From positions 1-64,000 of the forward strand of contig JAUCBJ010008205.1 in the NCBI GenBank assembly GCA_032718475.1: a stretch of 64,000 bases of DNA. Reading direction: 5' to 3'. Source of the DNA: Nemertoderma westbladi (lineage: Eukaryota > Animalia > Xenacoelomorpha). Shown here in pieces: positions 38,221-49,100 of this stretch; position 1 is the first letter of the stretch; each line of letters begins with the position of its first letter. A program made the translations under genes and the position numbers. A model generated the notes under the pieces. That model saw nothing but the letters and a program-made list of their open reading frames with translations, made no database searches and was not told the origin of the DNA.

Positions 38221-39070
38221 TTTTACTGAACTACGGTTCGGTAGGACTAAAGTTATTTGAAAATTTTGTATTTTGAGGTAAAAGTTTATATTTGATTAGC
38301 TAAGTGCTAATTTAAAAAAAAAAATAAAAAAATAAAAAATAAAATTTGATTTGAACCGCGTGTAAAATATTTTTGGAATTGAATACCGGTGATTAAAAAG
38401 GGTTTAAATACCATATTGTACCGGCACAAAATAAATAATAAAAAGTTATTTTACCCTGTCGGTAAAATAAGGTACTCTCGATTTGTCCGGTCGTCGATAC
38501 AATTTTGTCCCCTCTGATTTTGTCTTTCCCGATTTTGACCCCGATTTTGTCTTTACCCGATTATGTCCTCTGTGTGTGCATGGTATGTGTCAGATTTGTG
38601 TTTACCGTAGTGTACTTGATTTCGTGAACATCTGTTGAGTACACGTGTACAGGACGGGTAAGTGGTTACTTGTTCCTAGCTTTCGAGCTGGTCAGTATTG
38701 TTGAGGAACGGTGTCCCCTCAATACTGCCGGCGAGGCAGGTGAAAACGTGTCAAAATTCCAATGTTGGGTAGCGCAAGCCCGCTTGGGACAAGACCGTCG
38801 GTTAGGCCCAAGGGCGACCTTGGTGCTCGATCGCTATCGACTGGTCCACCTGCCGGTTGACTCTTTGTTATACTTTGAGTTGGCTCAATGTACAGTCAGG
38901 CCACAGTAAGTTGACAGTAGCCGCCCATCTGGCTACACGTTCGACGAGCTGTGCTGGTGTGATCGGGGGACCGAAAACAGAACCCGGGAAGCATCAGGCC
39001 ACCCTCCGGCCCGGTCTGATAATAACATCTGTCGGACTGGCCCCAGGGGTGGTGGAAAGGTGTCCGCCTC

Positions 39071-42000
39071 GTGGGTGCGCCTCGGGGAGGAGCCCAGAAG
39101 GACACAAGTGATCAGGGAAAAGCGCCAAGAAGGGACATCAACCAGATTACCAACCAAGGACGCGAAACTCTGAACGTTGCCGCGGAAATAGCGAAATTCG
39201 CAGCTAGACAAGGACTACCGGTGCAACAACCACCTAAGTTTTCCGGTAGCTCAAAACACTGGCACACTTTCGTAGACTATATCGAATCTCAGATCGCCGT
39301 GTGCGCCTTTACATCACGGGAGAAGTTTAATTACCTGCTTCAAACGTTGTCAGGAGAACCTAAACGTTTGTCGGAGACCTTCGTTGGTGTACTGGACGCC
39401 TTCGAACTAGCGTACGATCGTTTAACTTCGATCTACGGAGGTACAGTCAGCATGGCCAGGTCAGTGATAGAGGAACTCTGTAAGGGAGGGGCTATTACTA
39501 AACCCGTCGACTTATTAAAACTAGCTGACGAAATAAAGAACGCTATTACTACTTTGAGATCCATTGGACAACTTGACTACGGGAATACCCCTACAGTCCT
39601 ATTAAAGATCATAGGACGACTCCACCATCGACTTCGTCGGGAGTGGAGGAAGATCGAATACCAGCGGGAAGAGCGGGGTGGATTCTTAAAACTGGAAGAT
39701 GTGTACCTTTTGATATCCAGGGAAGCAGTGGTAGAAACTCGATCCAACTACACTGACCAACACATCGTAGCAGAAGGGATCACCTTGCCATCCTCCAACC
39801 GACAAAAACCCCAGACAACATCCACCAAGACGGCCACTTACGCCACACCGACGGAAACCCGACAATTCTCGGACGGTAGTAGGGTATCTGTGCCCATTGG
39901 AATAAAACAGACTAGACAGCAACTCAGTACAGACTTCAGCGGCTGCCAATACTGCGAGCATTTAGGCAAGCGGTATATCGGTCACAAGTTGAGAGGTTGT
40001 CGACAGTTTCGCGAGTTAAACTCGGAAGAACGACGGCTGCAGATACGGCCATTGGACTCTTGTTGGCGGTGTACGCGACACGGACACGTCCGCAAAGATT
40101 GCCCAAATACCGACACTTGTCCATCCTGTGGACGCAACCACGACGGTCTGCTCCACACAGACAGCCACACGCCGACAAAACGCTTCGCCAGGGAACACCC
40201 GGAAGCAGCAGCGAAATGTAATTCGGCCTACAATAATCGAGAATCGAAAACGACTCCAACCTTCGTGACACATATTAAGGATTGCTTCTCAGAACAATCC
40301 GGATCGTCGGACGAAGAGTCAGAAGACGACAACGTATATTCGGATGGAGATGAACAGCCATCGATCGCGCTTCTGATGACTGACCAACTAAAGGGTTTCA
40401 GTGTAATTCCGATTAAGATTACTGGCACAAAGGGGAGCAAGAGAATCTACGCTATTCTAGATTCAGCCTCATCTCACAGCTACGTGGATGAGCAGATAGC
40501 TGATGTCGTGACGGATCTCAGACAAGGTAAGCGCGTCAGTTACACCGTAAGTAGTATGCACGGACAACGTGCAATACCAGTGACACGAGTTAAGTTAAAC
40601 TTAGACACTCTTCTTCCGAAATCGCAACACAGCGAAAAGGAGAGGTCTTTGTTACCCTTTAAGGATTTGACTTTTGCGGCCACCAAGGACTTTAGTAACC
40701 TACTAGGTCCTGTCCCAGAACAATCCTTGGAGGACCGTAAGTATTTCAGACACCTTGGTGTACCTGAATGTCCTGTCAATTACAGATCAGTAGCAATGCT
40801 GATCGGGACAGATCAATTCAACCTACATCAAGTGTGGGAAACCAGACCATCGGTAGTCGTAGCAGGAAACGCATACGCCTGTAGAACGCCGATAGGGTGG
40901 TATACTCGAGCGCCTGTGCGCACACTAGACATAAGTGACGAGGAAGACGATGTACAAAGTACATGTAGTTTATTAACTACAAATTCAATTCATTCCTTTT
41001 CACACGACGTGGACCATACTACCTTACATACAAAACACGACAGACGTGTAACTAGTATGATAAGTCACAAGGAGCAGCTAATCCACCAGGTGAGTTTAGA
41101 ACTTGGGGAGAAGACGAGTCAGCCAGAGATTCCATCGACGACAGATGATAACGCCGGAAGGCTTGCGAGTCTACCTACACCAATAACCTCAACAATGCCC
41201 GTCAATATCGATGACTACGCGTTAAGAAACCATCAAGTGGAACAAGCTGCATTGGACAAAGAATTAACGGAGAAGACTATCAGGTGGTTAGAACAAGATA
41301 CAGCCGAACCTGGTAGCTACGAACCATGTATGTCGGAACAGGAGAAACAATCTTTGAAGATCATGGAAGGTACTATCCGCCAGACGAAAGACGGACATTA
41401 TGAGGTAGGGATGTTATGGCGTAGCCAAAGTCCTAAACTCATAAATAACTACCTGTTAGCTTTAAAACGTCTACACTCAATACGACAACGTCTATTAAAG
41501 GACGAGAAAGCCCATCTGCAGTATAACTCTCAGATGGAGACATATTTGACCAAGGGATACGCTATCCGAATGACTAACCCGGAGATAGTGACTGACCAAA
41601 CATATTACTTGCCACATCACTTTGTGAGACACCCCGATAAACCAGACAAAGTATGTGTAGTCAATGACTGTGCGGCTCTGTTTGAGGGAATGTCCCTCAA
41701 TAGTGAGTTAATGGATGGACCAAACATGAATAATTATCTTATGGGGGTGATTATGCGCTTCCGTCAGCGTCAAGTAGCTTTTACTTGCGACGTTGAAGCG
41801 ATGTTTCACCAAGTGAGAGCGTTAGAGCGAGACAGAGACAGTTTGAGGTTCCTCTGGTACCCGGAAGGAGACTTAAGTCTACCACCGCCGACTTACCAAA
41901 TGCAAGTTCGCGTTTTCGGTGCCAGGGACAGCCCAAACTGCACGATGTACGCCCTAAAACAAGCCGCTAGGGATCAGAAACATTTATATGACCCAGAGAT

Positions 42001-43921
42001 AATTAAAATCGTAGAACGTGACTTTTACGTCGACGATGGTTTACAGAGTTGTGACACAGTAGAACGTGCTACAACAGTAGCACATCAATTACGGGACTGC
42101 TTAGCGGGCGGAGGTTTTAACCTCACCAAATTCGCCTCAAACAGTGCCGAATTGGTAGACTCATTCGGAACGACTGAGCGTGGGGGTGGTGACATAGACC
42201 TAGAGTTCGAACCACTACCGACGACCAAGGTGTTGGGGCTCTTTTGGGACCCAAACACGGACAACTTTCGAGTGAAAGTGAGACTGGACAGTCAAGAAAA
42301 CACACTGACAAAGAGATCATGCTTGTCAAAATTGAGCCGATTGTTCGATCCATTAGGATTCATCAGTCCAATAATAATACTGCAAGCCCGAATTTTTATG
42401 CGCAGTATTTGGAAGGATGGACTGACATGGGACGAGCCGATCTCATCAGACCAAGTGGACTTATGGAAAACCTGGGAGGCAGAATTATCTTCGCTAGAGG
42501 ATTATTCCATACCCAGAGTCTACTTTCCATTACAAACGACATTTTCTGACAACTTGGAATTACATTGTTTTTCCGACGCTAGTGACAACGGCTTTGGTGT
42601 GGCAGCGTACTTGCGCAGACAAGTAGACTCAGAAGAATTCGATGTTTCGCTCATTACTTCTAAGGCAAAAACAATGCCTACTAAGTATATGACGACACCA
42701 CGAGCTGAGCTACAAGCCGCAACCCTGTCAACCACAATCGTGAACCTTATACAGACAGAACTACAGTCAAGTTTACAGATATTTTATTGGACTGACGCGA
42801 CGTTGGTTTTATTTTACATAAACAACGACACACTTGAATTCAAGACATTCGTAGCTAACTGTCGCGCAGAAATTCTAGACCGTTCAATAAAAGAGGATTG
42901 GCGACATTGTCCCGGACCACAAAACCCAGCTGATATTGCGTCGCGAGGAATGATGCCTGAAGAATTCTGTAAACCGGAGAACAAAGAATTTTGGCAACAC
43001 GGACCCCAATTCTTGCAGAAATCGACACTATATTGGCCGCCCTTATACGACAACAAGTCTAACACTATCCCTAAAGATGCGGAAATTAAAAAACCAAAGA
43101 AAGGGAAAGCAAAGAAAAAGACAGCGGCCAAACTTAAGAAAAAACCGAAGGCGAAATGGAAAGATATAACTTCAAAGGTCAAGAATGGAAGACTTGCGAG
43201 CCTTTCTACACCAGACATATCGCCAGACGGTCAACCAGACACGTTACTAGACAGTCAACCAGACATTTTGCCAGACATATCACAAAATGTTCCACCAGAC
43301 ACTAGTAACATATTGACAAATAGTGAAGCCGCAGTTTCTCTATTGGAGCGGCCTTCTATTGACAAACAACCAGATACGTTACCAGACGTATCGCCAGACA
43401 CGTTACTAGACGGTCAACCAGACGTTTTGCCAGACACGTCATTAGATATTTCGCCGGATGTTCCGCGAAACATTTTACCAGACATGTCACAAAATGTTCT
43501 ACTAGACACTAGTAACATATTGACAAATAGTAAAGCCGCAGTTTCCCTATTGGAGCGGCCTTGTATTGACAAACTACCAATTTTGACACACTTGAGCAAC
43601 CATAAGCACGGTGAAACCTCATGTATTACGGATGTGGGTAGTACCTACGCTAATGTAAATACAGGTGTTACTCTGCGCTCAAGAGACATACCAAACTTGC
43701 AACCTATGGTGAGACCTGGGATTAATATCGGCAGAAAATTAAGTTTACCGAAACCCACTGACCCCATAGAGTTCAAACCACCATTAACGATCGACTTACA
43801 AAGTACTGACAATCAAGGTAAGAAGACGAAGAAGGACAAATTACTTGTAGACCCGGACGGATCAACAGTCAACAAGGGAATACTTACCGGCGGACCCGTG
43901 GGCCCTTCTAGTAAATCATAA
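39071..43921 (+). CDS. gag-pol: BEL/Pao Gag-protease-RT-RNase H polyprotein (true start uncertain)
   Basis: PKFSGSSKHWHTF..EKFNYL (gag); triple knuckle ending HDGLLH; AILDSAS (PR); YYLPHH, CDVEAMFHQV, FYVDD (RT); LHCFSDAS, PRAEL, YWTD, NPADIASRG (RH). Confidence 0.96.
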   Translation: MGAPRGGAQKDTSDQGKAPRRDINQITNQGRETLNVAAEIAKFAARQGLPVQQPPKFSGSSKHWHTFVDYIESQIAVCAFTSREKFNYLLQTLSGEPKRLSETFVGVLDAFELAYDRLTSIYGGTVSMARSVIEELCKGGAITKPVDLLKLADEIKNAITTLRSIGQLDYGNTPTVLLKIIGRLHHRLRREWRKIEYQREERGGFLKLEDVYLLISREAVVETRSNYTDQHIVAEGITLPSSNRQKPQTTSTKTATYATPTETRQFSDGSRVSVPIGIKQTRQQLSTDFSGCQYCEHLGKRYIGHKLRGCRQFRELNSEERRLQIRPLDSCWRCTRHGHVRKDCPNTDTCPSCGRNHDGLLHTDSHTPTKRFAREHPEAAAKCNSAYNNRESKTTPTFVTHIKDCFSEQSGSSDEESEDDNVYSDGDEQPSIALLMTDQLKGFSVIPIKITGTKGSKRIYAILDSASSHSYVDEQIADVVTDLRQGKRVSYTVSSMHGQRAIPVTRVKLNLDTLLPKSQHSEKERSLLPFKDLTFAATKDFSNLLGPVPEQSLEDRKYFRHLGVPECPVNYRSVAMLIGTDQFNLHQVWETRPSVVVAGNAYACRTPIGWYTRAPVRTLDISDEEDDVQSTCSLLTTNSIHSFSHDVDHTTLHTKHDRRVTSMISHKEQLIHQVSLELGEKTSQPEIPSTTDDNAGRLASLPTPITSTMPVNIDDYALRNHQVEQAALDKELTEKTIRWLEQDTAEPGSYEPCMSEQEKQSLKIMEGTIRQTKDGHYEVGMLWRSQSPKLINNYLLALKRLHSIRQRLLKDEKAHLQYNSQMETYLTKGYAIRMTNPEIVTDQTYYLPHHFVRHPDKPDKVCVVNDCAALFEGMSLNSELMDGPNMNNYLMGVIMRFRQRQVAFTCDVEAMFHQVRALERDRDSLRFLWYPEGDLSLPPPTYQMQVRVFGARDSPNCTMYALKQAARDQKHLYDPEIIKIVERDFYVDDGLQSCDTVERATTVAHQLRDCLAGGGFNLTKFASNSAELVDSFGTTERGGGDIDLEFEPLPTTKVLGLFWDPNTDNFRVKVRLDSQENTLTKRSCLSKLSRLFDPLGFISPIIILQARIFMRSIWKDGLTWDEPISSDQVDLWKTWEAELSSLEDYSIPRVYFPLQTTFSDNLELHCFSDASDNGFGVAAYLRRQVDSEEFDVSLITSKAKTMPTKYMTTPRAELQAATLSTTIVNLIQTELQSSLQIFYWTDATLVLFYINNDTLEFKTFVANCRAEILDRSIKEDWRHCPGPQNPADIASRGMMPEEFCKPENKEFWQHGPQFLQKSTLYWPPLYDNKSNTIPKDAEIKKPKKGKAKKKTAAKLKKKPKAKWKDITSKVKNGRLASLSTPDISPDGQPDTLLDSQPDILPDISQNVPPDTSNILTNSEAAVSLLERPSIDKQPDTLPDVSPDTLLDGQPDVLPDTSLDISPDVPRNILPDMSQNVLLDTSNILTNSKAAVSLLERPCIDKLPILTHLSNHKHGETSCITDVGSTYANVNTGVTLRSRDIPNLQPMVRPGINIGRKLSLPKPTDPIEFKPPLTIDLQSTDNQGKKTKKDKLLVDPDGSTVNKGILTGGPVGPSSKS

Positions 43922-45478
43922 CCTTCCAAATTCTCCATTGACTTACCTGATGACGTCACAAATACTTACGTCGACCGTATTGTAAACTTAACAGACTCTT
44001 GGACAAACGCTTGCCGAAAATTAGCGTGGATTGTACGTTTTGTACAATACGTTAAAGGCAAACGAGACTTTACACGTCGACTTACATTGACTGAGATTGA
44101 CAGGTGTGAGATTAAATTAATTCGCCATTACCAACTGCGATATTTCACGCGCGAATTCACATCTATAAGTCAAGGTCAACCAATCAAGTCGTCACCAATA
44201 CTGAGTTGGAGTCCGATAATTTATAATGGCTTAATTTGTCATAAATCTCGGCTTCAAAACATTGACTTTAACACAAACTTTAGGTACCCAATAATAATAC
44301 CGCAACATCACGAACTACAACGTGCAATGATACTGGACGCACATTTACATCTGAAACACGCTGGAAGACACCACTGTCTTTCCTACTTACGTACAAGATT
44401 TGTATTAATTAGACCCAGTAAAGCGTTAAGTTCAGTGACACGTACGTGTATTATTTGTAAAAAGGTACATTCTAGAATAGGTACCCAAGAAATGAGTGAA
44501 CTTCCACAAGCACGACTTCAAGCATTCAGACCACCTTTTACAGAGACTGGAATTGATTGCTTTGGTCCCATTCATACGAAACGTGGACGTATACTAGTAA
44601 AACGCTGGGGACTGATTTTCACATGTATGTCCAGTAGGGCAGTTCATATCGAACGTGTGATGGATCTTTCCACCAACGCGTTTATACTAGCATTGCGGCG
44701 ATTTATCGCTAGACGCGGACTAGTGAAATGCTTGTACTCAGACCAAGGTACAAACTTTGTTGGTGCTCGAAATGAGATTGCTAGAGCCTTTAAGAAATTA
44801 GATCATGATCAAATCTCGAACGAACTACAACCTCACAAGATTGTTTGGAAGTTTAATCCTCCAGATAGTCCATGGAGAGGCGGAGTCTGGGAGAGATTGA
44901 TTAGATCTATAAAGACAGCCATGGCAAAGGTCATTCCAGTAAACCACATATTGACAGACGACCAACTGACAACACTGTTTGTTGAAATCGAGGCAATACT
45001 AAATACTAGACCAATAGTATTAGTACCCGATGACAAACAATCTCAGTTTGCTTTGACACCGGCACACCTGCTTATGCAGGCACCGACGACTTTGACGCCT
45101 ATTTCTATTCCAATAGAAAGCGATAGCTACGGTAGAAAAGCGTGGAAAATCACGCAACTACTGGCTAACAAATTCTGGGAAATATGGCAAAACCATTATT
45201 TGCCCTCTATTTCTGCCAGAACAAATTGGTACAATAACACCCGCGCATTAAAGCCGGGAGATCATGTGCTGTTAGCAGAAGTGAATCTAAAAAGACGCTT
45301 CTGGATAACAGGTGTAATTTTAGCCACACATCCATCTATGGATGGAGTGACAAGAACTGTGACAGTACGGACAATTGACGGTCGTACAGTAGACAGACCG
45401 ACTCAACGTCTCATACTTCTTGAAGAGACTCGTAATGAGTCTGGAGACTACAAATCTCCAACTAGTATTAGTAAATAA
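43922..45478 (+). CDS. BEL/Pao integrase, same frame as the upstream ORF and separated by one TAA
   Basis: HLHLKH..CIIC zinc finger; GIDCFGP, SDQGTNF, GGVWER (D,D,E); LTPAHLL; C-terminal LKPGDHVL..DGVTRTVTVRT. Confidence 0.95.
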   Translation, partial: PSKFSIDLPDDVTNTYVDRIVNLTDSWTNACRKLAWIVRFVQYVKGKRDFTRRLTLTEIDRCEIKLIRHYQLRYFTREFTSISQGQPIKSSPILSWSPIIYNGLICHKSRLQNIDFNTNFRYPIIIPQHHELQRAMILDAHLHLKHAGRHHCLSYLRTRFVLIRPSKALSSVTRTCIICKKVHSRIGTQEMSELPQARLQAFRPPFTETGIDCFGPIHTKRGRILVKRWGLIFTCMSSRAVHIERVMDLSTNAFILALRRFIARRGLVKCLYSDQGTNFVGARNEIARAFKKLDHDQISNELQPHKIVWKFNPPDSPWRGGVWERLIRSIKTAMAKVIPVNHILTDDQLTTLFVEIEAILNTRPIVLVPDDKQSQFALTPAHLLMQAPTTLTPISIPIESDSYGRKAWKITQLLANKFWEIWQNHYLPSISARTNWYNNTRALKPGDHVLLAEVNLKRRFWITGVILATHPSMDGVTRTVTVRTIDGRTVDRPTQRLILLEETRNESGDYKSPTSISK

Positions 45479-46141
45479 TTAGGAGTTTACAAATAGATTT
45501 CCACGTACCTGTACACCGTAGTAAGGACAGCGGTAGAATTCCATTGTCTTTATATGTGAACATTGAGGGTAGTACCCTTATGTGTCACATAGGAGCGGGA
45601 TTTGTAGGTATAAGAAATGGAATTCTACTTGGAACTCACAATATTGAGACATTTTCGAAATTTTAGACAATCCATTTGGATTTGAAAATTTTTTTACAAT
45701 TTTCTCCAGTGAATAGATTTCAGGGTACAGTCGGGTGGAACTTAAAATTAGAGAAACAAGAGAGGAAGACTTGCGAGCCTTTCTTAAAATTTTAATTAAA
45801 TTTTACACGGTCTTGTTTCAATAAGTTACGTCAATAAATAGACTCCCCTATATTTATTACTAATTCTTGACTGCTTATTTTCTGATAATAGTTTGGGATC
45901 AAAAGGTGAGTATTTTAGACTCACAGCCAGTTTAGCCCAAATTCGTTTTTTATTTCGGCAAAAAATTTTAGATAAGAAGCAGCGTGTCATTAAAGAAACC
46001 CTAGATCTTAGGCTATGGGTAGGAGGTTAGAGCGTTGTCAAGCCCAATGGGCAGACGAAACTCTCACGTCTCCTCACAACTAACTACAAACTCTGTTGTA
46101 TTCCCTCTAGTAGTAATGATTATGTAACTACACCTCTAATT

Positions 46142-49100
46142 ATGGAGAAAGGGATACAAGGAGAGCCGAGATGGGGATATGATATCCAAGAGGAGGCAGC
46201 AGCGCCATTCGAAAGATTTGGAGCCAAGGACTACACTATATTTGGTATAAAAGAATTATCAGAAAGTACTGCAAAACTCGCGAGAACTAAATATGACTCA
46301 AATGTATTAAAGAGAAGACAAAACGCATTAAATGAAAGAATCGAAAGTTTGCGCAAAACCTTCAATGAACTTTACCCGTACGACGCTTTGTGTGATACGG
46401 GAGACATTAGCAAAGACCCCGATACTGAAATTAGTCGTTTGTATCATACCATGCAATACCTAAAGGCGCACGAACCTATGCCCGCAGTACGAGATGAATT
46501 CGATGGAATGCACCTTTACAGACGAACTCGAGGGGACGATAGAGAAACCAAGGAAGCATTTTCAGTTTATAAACTTTATTATCAATGCGGTTCTTGTATG
46601 CGCGAACAACGAAATGCGATTCCGATGCGTTTGAATAAGGAAAATCCCGAACCGATATTGGCGAGGTGTTCGAATCATCAACAACTACGCTACCAGGAAG
46701 GAGGGTATCCTTTATCGAATCCATATCATTCATTTGCTATGACTGGACCAAAGGTGGGAGAAACTGTCATTTACCCACCTAAGGTTGTTGAACCCGATGT
46801 ATTTGAACTTACGCTGGACGAGGCGAATCAGTCAACCCGCGAAAAGAAAGAAGCTCTTAGCCTATACAGAGCCTACAAGGTTTTCGAGAAAGGTGAGATG
46901 GAAGAATGGGGCGGAAGACTCGCGAGCCTACCTTACCATTGGACGTCACACGATCAAACTCCAGCTAAGGAGATGACACCGGAAGTTTTCGAGAGCATAA
47001 ACTTTGCTCAAAACGTTATTCAGAAACTACAGATTGCATCCCCGGAAAGGACAAGAGAAATGCAACCATATAGTACTTCAACTACAAAACCATTGAGTAC
47101 GACACTCAATTTTCCTATTAGTATACCAGTCCGACAGGATACGACGTACGAAATACCCATCGTGGATCATCCAGAAATCATTTCAAACTTGGAGTTTCTT
47201 CCTGCAGTTGTTTTCAGCGATATGAGTAAGATATATGATTTACGTAGACATATTACTCAAAAGGTCGTGTACAACGTTCCACCTCATATTCAAGACTTTA
47301 AGGAACTGGATAGAGCTGGTGCCGATATAGCTGAGAGTAATTTGAAAGGATATTTAACCAAGACGATTCGTTTATGGATTAGAATCGGAACCTTCGAGTC
47401 GGATACAGATATTGCCGCGGATTGGCGAGGTAAGGTTATTCGTTTCGAAGATGATAAGGACATAGAGAAGATTTGGCAACCTTCGGAAGAATTGTTGGAT
47501 GAATGGAATAGGACGTTTAGATCGTTCCAGGAAAATGGTTACATGTTTTACGATAACGAGGGCGGCAGTCATCAACAGAGTTTGACTTCTAAGACTATAC
47601 AAATTAGAGCGGCGGACGGAGTCCTGCACGTTTTCAGTAGACAGAGGAGCGACAAACGAATGCCGATACCTCCAGCAAATACAAAGCGACACCATCTCAT
47701 CACTGACATAGTAAAGAAGATGGACCAAGCTTGTAATATCGACGCTAGAATGCTACCGAAGATGGTAAGAAACATGATTTTAGATAAAACTGTTGTAAAG
47801 ATTGGATCAGGAGTAAGGGAGGACTTAATTAGCGACTTCGCCGGCATGACGGACAGCGATGACCGACTACCGACACCTTACGTCGACACTCGACCTCTTA
47901 TTTTGTGGTCTATAGAACAGGGATATTTTCGTGAGTATAATACTCAGAAGACTGGAACCGGATACATTTCCTACCTGTTATTCAATTGGGATTATAAGGA
48001 AAGTAAGAGAACCAAGTATATTGAGACTTGTGGAGAAGGTGATACTCCAGATATGAGTGAGTTTGAATCACAGCTTAAATGGAGAGGATGCGTGTATTGG
48101 GCTATTACATCACCTCCAAGAGCGGTCTTACAATATTATTTAGCAATAGAGTCGTCAGTGAATGTTTGCTTAATCGCCGACATTGTGTCTCGGACTCTCA
48201 AAAGACATCCACTTTGTCTCGGAGAAGATCATACGTTCTACATGGAAGGGAGAATTCATACCGACGTGTTTAGACGATTCCTTGAACCCTTCTACAACTC
48301 CGACGCTCAGTGTAATGCCTTTACTCGAGCAGGATTTAGTATATTTCGAGACGTGTATCTTCGCTGTGCGGGATCTCTTATCGAAAGACCATCTATGTTT
48401 ACATTGTTACCCTATGAAGGAGAACGTATCGTGGAGATTACGGAAGAATCACGGCAGACGCGCGCGCCTATCGGTCACCTTGGTGATGATTTCGAAGTAA
48501 CTACTACGATCACTGACGATCCTTTAGAGGAACTTCTTGAGATAGAAAGGAACCTCCCGAAGAAATCTCAGACGGAGATTCGACAACTTGAAGCAACAGA
48601 TGCTATAGTTTGTATACAACCCTCAGAAACCTACCAACCCATAGACCCAGATGATTATGATTATAGTGTGGGAGGAAGCGCTCGACTGATTGGAGATCTT
48701 ATATACGAACGAGTGTGGTACCCTGCCAATACGATGTGTGGTAAATGTGGCGTCGCTGGACATCATATGACAAATTGCAGTGGAAAGCACATTACTACGA
48801 CTCAGCTAATCTGTGGATGGTATGGAGATCAAGGGTCTCATACCTTTTATACTTGCTGGAGATTTATGGCTCAATGTACTTATTGCAATATAAAAGGGCA
48901 TCGAGCATCTGAATGCCAACTAAGAGACATACCTTATGAACACGAATCTGTAAAACTCGTGAGAAAATTATTCGATGAGTGGGAAGATTTAGCCGACGAA
49001 CATGTATCGGCACAAAGAAGACGATTTCCGATGAGGGCGCATCTTGGATTTTGGGCGGTAAATCCCCAAACGATGATGTCGGAAGGATACATCTCCGCTA

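Noticed and set aside
47372-48500. Antisense and alternate-frame ORFs overlapping the large ORFs (also within 39686-45036)
   Set aside because: Short, with no recognisable motifs; expected shadows of long coding frames.
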